Source: Euprymna scolopes | Lineage: Eukaryota | Length of the DNA: 64,000 nucleotides | NCBI GenBank assembly: GCA_053919585.1 | Contig: CM132783.1 | Reading direction: 5' to 3' (one strand) | Part shown: piece after piece, positions 24,846-35,984 of the stretch | Layout of the letters: each line of letters starts with the position of its first letter | How positions within the stretch are numbered: the stretch's first letter is position 1 | Position numbers and translations under genes: made by a program | Notes under the pieces: generated by a model | Seen by the model: the letters and a program-made list of their open reading frames with translations, nothing else | What the model was told of the DNA's origin: nothing | Database searches by the model: none

Positions 24846-25080
24846 TTTTTTGATTTTTGATCGGAAGTTTAAAACGGAAGTTTCGTCTAAACTACACCTG
24901 ACCAGTTCATCTCCGTTTAGGAATAAGAGTTATAATATTCCGGCGATGGACCTGTTGAAACGTTGATTCATCCATCGTAAATAAGCTGTGACCACGTGTA
25001 ATCATTTTTTTTTCTCTTTTAAAAACAGGGACACATTCGTCCATTCTCTCTTTTATACAAGGAAATGAAATTGATCACAA

Positions 25081-26083
25081 TCTATCTATATATCTATAAA
25101 AGGGAAATTGTTTGTCTGTGTGTGTCTCTGTGTTTACATTCCCCTATAAAACTACTCTGTTAATTTTCTGTCTACAGACTCGAAATTTGACATGAGAGGT
25201 ATTGAGATTTGGTAAAATCTTTTGAAACGGTTTTCGTTCAGAAATTTAGTTTTCAAGGTGCCAAAGTTCAGCGGTTTGAACTTTGAGAACTCTACCAAAC
25301 TCCTTCGCCAATTTGAAATTTTAGATGTAGGTTACTTGGACATGAGTCAAACTTTATATATACATATGCACATAAAGTTGTGAACAGTACATAGAGCCTA
25401 GTGCAAATGAAACGTGAAACTCAATAAAAAAAATTAATGAAAGAACCAGGAAATAAATAAAATGATTTCCAGTTAAAACATATGCATGAAAAAAGTTATA
25501 ATAGCCAGAATATAAACTCGCAGATTATTGACCAAAAACTTCACAGTATTACAAATATGTTTCCCATACTGCAAAACAAACAAACAAAAAAGTGGAACTG
25601 ATGAATTTCAAAACACGTGCAGTCAATTCGCACGAACAGAAAAACGTTGAGATTTCTATAATAAGGGAGATAATTAGAAACAATACTACGTCCTATCACC
25701 GATTAATGTTCACTATGTTATCTACGGTCCATTACACCTTTCTTCCTCTCTCGTTAACCATCTTTCCGTAATATTTTATCGCGCTATACATCTATCTTTA
25801 CTTCACCCTCTGATTATTCTATTTCTTACCTATTTTCTTACCCTTGTAATTATAGCGTTGTTTGATCAGTAGTTTTTTGCACGCAACTTTTCCGTTTTAC
25901 CATTTTTTTTTTTATCGTGCGGATTAGATATTCGCGACAAAAGCCATACAGAAACATTAAGAAATAAATTAAGCACAGCAAAAAATGTTCTGTGTTTATT
26001 ATAAAATGAAATTTGATATTAAAATATTTCTCGATATTAAAGGAGTGTCGCAAGCATTTACTTATATAGATTTATAACACTAG
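25081..26083 (+). mobile_element. Possible Helitron-like non-autonomous element
   Basis: Starts A|TCTATCTATATATCTATAAAA followed by a TGTC/TGTG microsatellite, with a CTAG|T at 26080-26084. No clear subterminal hairpin. Confidence 0.3.
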
Positions 26084-26660
26084 TAAAGTAGATAATTCTA
26101 TTCTTTGTCTGCTAAATGTGGTTGTAAAACGAAAAAAAAAAAACGGGAAAATTAATCAACTAGAACGAAGCAAAATGTCGAAATCAGAAACCGATCAACA
26201 TTCTGACCGGATAATTTTTTTGCTTATTCTTATAAGTGAGTGTAGGGTGTATTTATTTATTTATTACAGTTCAATAAATAAAATCTCGTTTTAAACAACC
26301 CGGTTGATCGAGTTTTTTTGTTTTTTTTTGTATGTTTTGTATGTTTTTTTTTTCTGTGCTCCTATTTGATTGTATTTTTTTTATTCATACACCAAAAATG
26401 TGTCTCATAAAATTACGCGGTGTCATTGAGAAATTCGTGACCCATTTTTAAAATCTGTGCACAGAAATACATTTTCTATTCCTTTTTACATAGTGCTAAT
26501 ATAATTAACTGTCGCCTCAAAATATTCACCGTCTTCACGAAAGTAAACTGAACGGTAAACGTAGATTGAGTAACTTAAAATAATATACGCTAATCTGACC
26601 AGAAATGATGATTCCCGAAAGTGAATGAAACACGTGTATGTTGGATATTAGCCCTAACTC

Positions 26661-26793
26661 NNNNNNNNNNNNNNNNNNNNNNNNNNNNNNNNNNNNNNNN
26701 NNNNNNNNNNNNNNNNNNNNNNNNNNNNNNNNNNNNNNNNNNNNNNNNNNNNNNNNNNNNNNNNNNNNNNNNNNNNNNNNNNNNNNNNNNNNN
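26661..26793. other. Assembly gap (133 N)
   Basis: Run of N. Confidence 1.
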
Positions 26794-27097
26794 ATATTTA
26801 ATCTGAAAAGGAAACACTTCATAAGTGGATAGTCCTTAATCCGCGGAGTTTCGAAGAAATACTTTCCTTCTCCTCAGAGGGTAGGAATTAGCAAAATGCG
26901 GGATCGGATTGTGCATACAAAAGTATTTGCTGAAACTACAAGTAAGTCAAAGATCTTACTTGATAACAAAAAGTGAAGCAAAGGGAATATGGTGAAGAAA
27001 AAGGTGATTACACGTGAATGGATAGTCTGGTGAAAGGTAAATAATCCAATGACGGTAAAATCCAAAAATATAACTCCAAGAAAGTTAATTGGGTTAA

Positions 27098-27172
<75 letters not shown>

Positions 27173-27461
27173 CGAAACAGTACTGTATGTGGATGACTAT
27201 AATGCTCCCTATCTTGGGTTGAGCATATTGAGAAGTGATATACAAACTGCCATTAGCGTATTAAACGATGCTCTTTGTGTAAACAAATCGAGCTTCGGTA
27301 TTCGGACGATGTCAAAACATCGGTAATTCACTACCCGCATAGCTATAGCCGACTATCGTAATGATAAAAAGTGTTGACTGTAATTTGAACTGTCAGGTTT
27401 CGAACCTAGCTTGAAGTAGTTTCCTGCCTAGCCACACTGATGAGCACCAAAACAGTAGATG

Positions 27462-27508
<47 letters not shown>

Positions 27509-27724
27509 TTGTTTATTGTTATATAAACATGGTCACATCCTGCTGCTACAAATAGCCACTTGTTTCAATCAAACAACAGATATCATCAGGCAGCGACTTG
27601 ACTATTCAAAAGTTCAATGAATATTCATTGAAATAAACAAGTATTATCAGCTCTTTTTATTGAGCACTATCTAACAACCTCGTTGAATTCATTAGTCCAT
27701 TACTTTTGAATAAAAAAACCCGAG

Positions 27725-27726
<2 letters not shown>

Positions 27727-27788
<62 letters not shown>
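27727..27788. repeat. Compound (TA)n(TG)n microsatellite
   Basis: Direct reading. Confidence 0.95.
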
Positions 27789-27792
<4 letters not shown>

Positions 27793-27812
27793 ATTTTTTA
27801 TTGCCGTTTTAT

Positions 27813-27881
27813 CTGTTATGTTACATATGTTTCGGATGTTGGAACATGTTTACGATCCAACAGCCTCATCATACCTTACAG
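27813..27881 (-). ncRNA. Degenerate type I hammerhead ribozyme of the Penelope-associated minimal type
   Basis: Minus strand reads CUGUAAGGU-aUGAUGA-GGCUGUUGGA(12 nt)UCCAACAUCC-GAAA-CAUAUG-UA-ACAUAACAG. Helix II pairs 9/10, helix III is the palindrome CAUAUG, and helix I pairs 7/9. Core C3 is changed to A. Confidence 0.7.
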
Positions 27882-28538
27882 AAATGGTTGTTAGTATTAG
27901 GAAGTAGTGTTTTAGAAGAAATACGAGAAAAAAGGGGGGTAGGAGATAATAAGTGGGAGGGAGACGGGTATTAGCAATATTTCAGTTTTGAAGGTTAAAA
28001 TACATTAGATTGTATTGTGTGCGTGGGGGTAACAGATTCAGGTAGGTGTGGGTGGAGATATATGGATATAGGGAGGAGGAGGTGGAGAAAGGATGGTAAA
28101 GTAAAAAGAGGGGGGCAAGGAGAAGGGGGTTGGGAGGAGTTTCAATTTTAAGGTTTTAAATTTTGATTGCTTTTTGCTTGTTCATCAAGGTATATTAAGT
28201 AGATGAAAGAGAGAGAGAGGGAGAGAGGGGGAATGAGAGGGGAGAGAAAGGGAAAGGATTAGTGTAGGTGTCATGTTTTTGACAAGAACAGGGTTCCATT
28301 TAAAATTTTCGTAGTCGCTATACGTCGACTTGTTCATTTCAGTTTACAATGGGTTGTTTTTTTTAAGAATTAATACATACGCCAACGCACGCGCAAGTAC
28401 GCATACATACATATACATACATATGTACATTTCTACACATCCATATACAGATAAAACGGTAATAAAAAATGAAACTCATATTTGCTCTGCAATAGTATTG
28501 AGCACACTCTTCAGGTTTTTACTAATTACCAGTTTTAC

Positions 28539-28590
<52 letters not shown>

Positions 28591-29041
28591 TGAATTTTTT
28601 TTTAAAATCTTTAAGTGTCGAATATAAAATCATTTTTATTTTTTTTTTATTTGTTTGTTTGATATTTCGCTAATAAATAGCCTAATAAGGTTAGGAAGTC
28701 CGATACGTAATTGTTTTTCTTTTTTCTTTTCTTCATTTTGGTGTTACGACGGAGGAATGCCTCGAGCAGAAGAGAAGAAGAATGTTCGTCTTGTTTCGGT
28801 TTCTCCGTTTGTATTATTCTCTGGTTTTCTAGCGGGAATTTAAAGGAAAAGATAGTTACACACTTTTTGAAGACACTTTAAAAAAAAACTTTCATTTCGG
28901 ATTTCATACTCTGATGAGGCTATTTAAAAAAAAAAAATAAAAATGATTTTCTCATTATATTCGGCATTTGTTTTTAAAATTTCTCATTTAAATTTTCTTT
29001 AAAAATAAGGGGCTTTCGAAAAGTGTGTGGCTATATTTTCC

Positions 29042-29100
<59 letters not shown>

Positions 29101-29104
29101 TGTG

Positions 29105-29345
29105 TCCCCCTCAAATAGTTCCAACTGTAACCGAAGGTTTCTCTGTTTGCACAAAGTAGGGGGTTTAAAACTGATGGCAAGAGCCTCGAGGACAGACAGG
29201 TGAAACTTAGTGCGTCCTCTGTGCAAAACAGAAAAACACTCCGGAGAAAAGGTAGAACCACAGTCCTTTTTTATCTAATAAGTGTTGTCTAATAGCAATT
29301 CTACTAATTTGGTACCCCTGGAAACACATCTGGGAGGACACATTC
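29105..29345 (-). mobile_element. Penelope-like element remnant (C-terminus of a GIY-YIG endonuclease)
   Basis: With one frameshift it reads AIRQHLLDK/KDCGSTFSPECFSVLHRGRTKFHLSVLEALAISFKPPTLCKQRNL. This fits the Penelope C-terminal pattern AI..HL...C....F.IL......L..LE...I...P.LC.Q. Confidence 0.75.
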
Positions 29346-29401
29346 TATTATTATTATTTTTTGTCGTTATCCCTTTCGTTTAAGTATTTCTACAGGAAAA
29401 A

Positions 29402-29483
<82 letters not shown>

Positions 29484-30065
29484 AGGATGCTATGTTAGGT
29501 GTGTTCATTGCACAGCATTTCAAATCAATACGGTAAAATTAAAAACCACGTAATACGTTTTTCATTACGTGACTGAAAAAAAATATCGAACCTCCGTCAA
29601 AATACTTCCCTTCAAAAGTAAAACACTTAAACTTTTTAGTAAAACTTGCGGAGATGCACTATTTTACGGTTGTTGTAAAAATGAAACGGAAATTTAAATT
29701 TTGTTCCGTCTTAAATTCGGTACATTTTTACATTACGTCCAACTTATCGTTCACATTCGACATTTCAACTTTTATAAGTTTTCGGGTATGCTGTCTATTC
29801 CGAAGGCTGTTCTTAACATAGGGAGGTTGTGCGTGGTCTATTCCGAAAGCCGTTTTTACATGGGAAAGTTGAGGTGTTTATTCGTTGTAAGCATACCCGA
29901 AAACCAATAAAAAATTTACAATGTGAAGGGTGAGTTCGACTTATGTAAAAATATATATATATATATATATATACCAAAAAGTAAAAAAAAATTGATTTTT
30001 TTTTCGTTTAAAAATTAAATTATTTCGTTTTTGTTAATAAAATTTTATTTTTATAAAAAATATTT

Positions 30066-30122
<57 letters not shown>

Positions 30123-30342
30123 GTAATGTGATTTATAATTTAAAAGTTTTAAAATTTTTAAAATTTAAAAATCAAAATTTAATTAAATTAAAAATCAGTT
30201 TCATAAGAAGGAACAACAACAAAATCAAGCTTATTATATATCTATATTACAACGAGCATTTCCTGTATTTTAATTAAACTAGTAATTTCACTATTACATT
30301 AAAATACACTTAGCTCTTTAGACTATTATTCTAATCTCCTTT

Positions 30343-30384
<42 letters not shown>

Positions 30385-30561
30385 TATACTATCAGAAGTA
30401 CCCGTCGTTGACTGGGTTAAAAAACAGCCTACAGAAAATGGAAACTGATTTATGAAAATATGATAAGTTATGAAAAAGAAGGGTTGTAATGAGATAGCTT
30501 CGAATTTGGGGGTATCAAAACCAAAGCAAAATATGATAAAAGTAAAAATAAAATAGATAAA

Positions 30562-31005
30562 ACCCATAATTTATTATACCATACCTGTTCACACTGAAAC
30601 ACTTATCACAATATTCTGTGGATCTATATTAAAAACACCTTGTTAAACTTTGTGACATATTTCCATTCTATGGAGGTCAGGCGCGAACGAACACCCCATG
30701 ATTTTATTATACCATATTTCTTCAAACTGAAACATAATTATCAAAGTATACTTTCGCAGATAGATATGAAAAGTCTGTATTAAAGTTTGTGCCTATTTCC
30801 ATTCTATTGAGGCCAGGCGCGAACGCAGAGCCCACAATTTTATTATACCATACCTATTTAAGTTAAAACGTACTTATCAAAGTATTCTTATGTACATCTA
30901 TATCAAAAACACTTGTAAACGTTTTTTTTTTTAATTTTTGAATTTTTTATTTCCATACATTTTGGACAAGGCGCAACGCAGACCCCACAATTTTAATGAA
31001 CCACA
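30562..31005. repeat. Degenerate tandem repeat, ~3.2 units of ~132-153 bp
   Basis: CCCA(T/C)AATTTTATTATACCATA recurs at ~30562, ~30694, ~30831 and ~30984. AGGCGC(G)AACG occurs at the unit ends. Confidence 0.8.
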
Positions 31006-31099
31006 GTTCTGCCAGATCAAACATACCCATTCTTGTGTCTCGATATATCTTCTATCATTATATGCAATCAGTTTTTTTTAAATAGTCAACCATATAGGA

Positions 31100-31281
31100 N
31101 NNNNNNNNNNNNNNNNNNNNNNNNNNNNNNNNNNNNNNNNNNNNNNNNNNNNNNNNNNNNNNNNNNNNNNNNNNNNNNNNNNNNNNNNNNNNNNNNNNNN
31201 NNNNNNNNNNNNNNNNNNNNNNNNNNNNNNNNNNNNNNNNNNNNNNNNNNNNNNNNNNNNNNNNNNNNNNNNNNNNNNNNN
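31100..31281. other. Assembly gap (182 N)
   Basis: Run of N. Confidence 1.
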
Positions 31282-31384
31282 TCGATTTTTGGAGGGCGCA
31301 ATAAAAAAAAAAGATTAAGACGTAACGAAATTAAAATTTCCGTTCCACTTTTGCAACAACCGTAAAACAGCATTCTCTGCAAGT

Positions 31385-31830
31385 GTTACCAATTTTTTAG
31401 CCATGTCAAACGATCAACCACTGTCCTGTCAAAGCTATACTTTGCGTGTACATTAGAAAGCAAATGAAGCAGAAGAAAGTCTGCCTGCTTCCCTCCGGAC
31501 TATAACTTGGATGTCTTCAAGTCCAATGTTAACAAATTCCTAATGAACCGCCCCCTTAAGTAAACACTTCAGCAAATCTCCTCACTAACTTGATGTACTT
31601 GCAATAACCCTTATCCCTGAGTGGCTTCCGGGCCTTGATAAGTGGTGATCACTGTGTAAAAAAAAAAAAAAAAAAAAGCCAAGAAGGTGGAGAGAAAATA
31701 TTTTAGATTGGATATCTCTCAACAGTTGGCCGTCCACCAAACAACCTGCCCTGAATCGAAAGGAATGGCGAAAAATAAGTCACGTGGGTACACAATACGC
31801 ACCAAGCAGAAGATGCGACTCATGATTACG
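31385..31830 (+). mobile_element. RTE-clade LINE 3' remnant, split by a CR1-group insertion
   Basis: Reads FFSHVKRS...LESK*SRRK, then the insertion, then PRRWRENILDW...ALNRKEWRK. This resembles the RTE C-terminus FGH..R...EGKR.RGRP...W.D.I...A.DR..WR. Confidence 0.55.
31482..31677 (+). mobile_element. Short 3' fragment with poly-A of the CR1/L2-group LINE
   Basis: Matches 22068-22280 (CTTCAAGTCCAA..., CCCTTATCC.TGAG...GGCCTTGATAAGTGGTGA) and has an A20 tail. Confidence 0.88.
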
Positions 31831-31940
31831 GGAAAATTTGTTTAGCGCACGAGTTAATTTCAAAGTACGATCAAAAATATTTAGTTGAATAAAGTTGATA
31901 TTGAAAATCCGTGTAATTTACTGAAGAAGACTTAGAAATA

Positions 31941-32138
31941 CAGGGTGACCCCCCAAAAAAAAACATCTAGAACATATGCTGTAGAACGGAGAAAAAAATG
32001 CCAAAGAAGACCCTTGTGTTTTGATATGATGTTTTGAATATAATAAACTAGTTATGACCAAAGTTTCATTTCATTCGGACAAAACACTAAGAAACGAGGC
32101 CTAATTAAAGTTGGGGCACGCTTTTTGGGGTCACCCTG
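31941..32138. mobile_element. Tc1/mariner-type MITE
   Basis: Terminal inverted repeats CAGGGTGACCCC(CC)AAAAA and TTTTTGGGGTCACCCTG, flanked by TA on both sides (31939-31940 and 32139-32140). Confidence 0.85.
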
Positions 32139-32147
32139 TATATATTT

Positions 32148-32202
<55 letters not shown>

Positions 32203-32311
32203 ATTGTGGCTTTGCCCGGGCGTAAAATACGTTTATATATGATATTTTAATTTGTGCAGATATCGTATATAATATTACAGAGTCGTGATTTCAAAAGTAA
32301 AAATGTATTTA

Positions 32312-32391
32312 GGTTCCATCAGCTAGAATCGAAACCGAAAGCAAAACTGTAGCATTCGAAGCAAGTAACGTTACCATTGTACCAACGGGAC
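32312..32391 (-). pseudogene. tRNA-derived pseudogene or SINE head (Arg-TCG-like)
   Basis: Acceptor-like pairing GTCCCGT...ATGGAAC (6/7), A box TGGTACAATGG, anticodon-like loop CTTCGAA and B box GTTTCGATTC. The stems are decayed. Confidence 0.45.
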
Positions 32392-32987
32392 ACGCATATG
32401 AACGGATTTAAAATTAAATTAAACTAAGATAAATGTACAAAATGTATAACCATTTTTTTTTGCAATTTTGACCAATTGTTGATCCCTTAAAAAGTATTTT
32501 AACCGACTAAAAAAACATGTAAGAACGGTTCGTAAAAAAATCCAAACATTTGAAGCCCATTGCGCTGCTCTGCGACTTTTAGTTTCGGAGGAGATAGAGT
32601 TTGAAAATATGAAAACAGACATATAGCCTTTTGTATATCAGATTATGAATTCTTCACGTATAATTCTCCATTTTATCTTTTACTGTTACTCTTTGCCCAT
32701 TGAAATATATATCAGCTAATTCTTCTTAAAGCAAATAACACAGGCAGACTGTGATAATATGCGTAGATCTTTCTCTCTTCTTGCTATTCTCTTTTTCTCG
32801 ATATTTTACCTGTTTTTCCTCCTCTATTCTTTAACTTTCTCTTCTGCGTCTCAAGGTGTGATATAAAAATCACTAACAAAAATTAAATGTGACAACGGTT
32901 ACATTATGAATACAGCTTATAAAACAAATAAAACAAGCGTCACCTTATACAAAAACACTTTAATTAAAAGAAAATCTAACAAAGAAA

Positions 32988-33428
32988 TCTTTAATATAAA
33001 TCTCGCCTGTCTGTTTAAATGTATATATGTATGTATGTATGTATGCCTAAAACTTTCGACAGAGGCGACGGATTTTCACGATATTGCTATCGTTTTGAAG
33101 TTCGACCCTTCGGACGACAAATATCGAAACATTGGCTAAAAAACATTAATTCATTCACCCTCAACTAGACACTTGTCTACAAGGAGGAGTCGCTTTTTTG
33201 CCGATATTTTCGAAAGTCATCCGCTCTATTCGATTGACTAGCCTTAATTTAAACCTTCGCCACTTCCGGTTTGGCGATGGTCGCAACGGCCAAAACGTCC
33301 CGTTTTTTTACATGTTCTTTTCCTCTTTTGCGGTATGAGTTCGAGCCTGCCTGCTTCCTACTACCACTTTTTTTTTTTGCTGAACACACACCTCCAAACA
33401 CCCGGTCAACGCCGGGCACCCAGGCTAG
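32988..33428 (+). mobile_element. Complete non-autonomous Helitron (441 bp)
   Basis: 5' TC and 3' CTAG, inserted between A and T with no TSD. Subterminal hairpin CCCGG-TCAACG-CCGGG at 33401-33416. Internal (TATG)n. Confidence 0.88.
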
Positions 33429-33792
33429 TATTAATTAAACAAATAGAAAAAAAAAACGAACTATCAGAAACTAGGAGCACGTCACGACCAAGCTCTACCT
33501 AAAAACAACGAAGGTAAATACAAACGCTAAAATTACAAACTAGAGAATACTACAATCCTAATAATTAAAAGAGGTAAATATAATATGTAAAACATATATG
33601 CTATACCAAAGAAAATAAAAAATAAAAAGAAATCTATTTAAAGTATTTTAACGACAAACCTAAAACAAACAAACTTACAAACAAACAACAGATTCACTCC
33701 AAAAGTATATTAATAAAATTGCACACGAGTAATAAAATAGCACGCCCAGCAAGCTGGATGAATTTAGATGAAAAGCAACACAGAAGCAAGAA

Positions 33793-35087
33793 AGTCGGTT
33801 CATGAAAAATTTGTTCACATTGGACTTGAAGGTGACCATATTGTAATTAGTTGGAAAGCAGGGAAGAGAGTTCCACAAGCGTGCAGTTCTAAGAAAGAAG
33901 ATTTGCTCATAGAATCTATGTTTATGCACAGATAAAGAGTGAGGTGAATTATTGATAGTGGTTTGAGGTAGACGAGTGTTTTTTGTAAAATTTTGGCAAG
34001 AGGGGCCATAGATTGGAGCCCAGAGGAGCACTTGCCATGAAAATAACGATGAAACAGAGACATGCTCGCAACGTCTCTTCTGTGGGAAAGAGGTCGCAGG
34101 GAAAAGAAAAGGGAATCTCCTGCTAGGCTACAAAGTCTATTTTAAACTCTGTCAATACATGATAAGCTGCTTTTACTGCTCCTGCCCAGACGGGGCAACA
34201 GTACACCATCGTTGGGTGTATTTGGCTTTTATACAAGTAGAGATTTGCATTAGCAATGCGATATCTACTAGAGCGGTAGAATGATCTATTTTCCCAGTGA
34301 TCTTAGCAACAGATTTTATGTATGTGTTCAATTTCAGATCAGAGTAAAGGTCAGACACAGAAGTTTGTCAAAACATAGAGTCTCCACAAGAGGAGAGCCA
34401 TTCATTTCAATTCATGCGGAACGAGAATCAGAGCGTTAATGATGTAAAATAGAAGGTTGGTTTTAGATACATAAAAATTAACCAGCCTTCTCTTTCCCCA
34501 TTGAACCACGCGCTCAAGATAAGAGGAGAGAGATTCAGAGAAAACTTGGTCATTTATGGCCTTTGAAGTGTTGCCATAGATGGTAATGACATCAGCATAA
34601 ATGTCTACGAATAATCGTAGGTTGTAATTTGGGAGATCATTGATGTAGATCAGGAAGAGAGTTGGGTCTAAGATTGAACCCCGAGACACTCGAGCATTCA
34701 TACTGTGAGCTTCTGATTTCTGCCAATCAACCACTACTCTTATGAACCTATCAGAGAGAAATGATTTAATAATTGAGAAGACATTGCCAGCTATACCGTA
34801 GCCGGAGTGTGACGTTGTGAAGTAAACCTTTATGCTTACTCTATCAAAGGCCTTTGATATGTCAAGAGCAATTGCCCAAAAAAGGAAGGTTCGTAGAGAA
34901 ATTCGCTAATCCTATGGGATATGACTATTAGCACATCTGCTGTATATCTATATAGAAAACCGTATTGCATGTCACCGAGGAGGTTATTTTTTGATGAGGT
35001 GATTGACTATATCTCTATTAAACACAGATTCCAGAAACTTACTCATGACGCACAGGAAACTTATTGGTCTTTACTGAGAGGGAGATA
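33793..35087 (-). mobile_element. Older, decayed copy of the CR1/L2-group LINE (RT domain to C-terminus)
   Basis: Colinear with 1-930 and with the reverse complement of 21500-22140. Translates to RGSILDPTLFLIYINDLP...DIYADVITIYG, so YADD has decayed to YADV. Confidence 0.9.
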
Positions 35088-35984
35088 ACGTTTAGCAATA
35101 TAAAAATGGGTTGCTTGTATAGATAGTGTCGATATATCGATTTTTTAAGCAAAATAATATTACGTAGTTAATTGTCATTTTTAAAATAGTAATATATGCA
35201 AAAGTTATGAAAATTTATCGAGGATCAAGTAGCAAGTTACTACGATGTACAGTACGGAAATTATTTCCCAAAATTCACTTTTTACTATTTCTTCATCTTG
35301 GACGTATCCATTTGACCAGTATCAATTAATCCTTATTAATTTAATCACAACTATATCCTCTATATTAATTAACCTCCAAATTAAATCAGCTTCTAAGTTA
35401 GATTATACCTAATGTTTTTATAGAGTTTAGTAATTTGAAGTAATGAATATGACCACATCCGGGTATTTTTCTCCTTGCAAGGTTGTGATTGGCTGGTTTA
35501 GCTATAAGCACCGATTGGTAGAGACACATAGGGGGAGACGTCGGAAGGTATGCAAGGCCAGGAATACCAGCTGCGACTACGACGCTCATTCAGTACAGAA
35601 ACTTACAAGATTATTATTCGAAACTGTAGCAAGACCCCTTAGCTACTTCAAACGATATATATCGCAGGCTCAGATCAGTGACGATTAGTCACATCATATG
35701 AATGCTAAGCTGTACATAAAGAAACAAACAAACGGAACCGAAAACATAACCTCCTCCTTTAATAATTTAAAATTTCTACCTAATAAAACAATGGCATTCA
35801 TATTCTAATCTCTATTACCACCAGTAATTGTTAATTGCATTCAGAAAACTTATTATCGAATGTCCCTATAAATAATAGTTGAAATCTACAACCAACACGT
35901 CATCTTCCATAATACCTACAACTTTTGAAAAAATGTCTTCCTATATATCACACAAATCCCCTTCAAAATATCCTCACATATATA

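Noticed and set aside
27920-28260. Purine-rich tract as a functional G-quadruplex or triplex element
   Set aside because: Low-complexity GA-rich sequence, more simply explained as a decayed repeat or retroelement UTR.
35720-35760. DINE-1-like motif (minus strand GGAGGTTATGTTTTCGG-TTCCGTTTGTTTG) as the left terminus of an element containing the 79-bp array
   Set aside because: It points away from the array and has no matching terminus, so no link can be supported.
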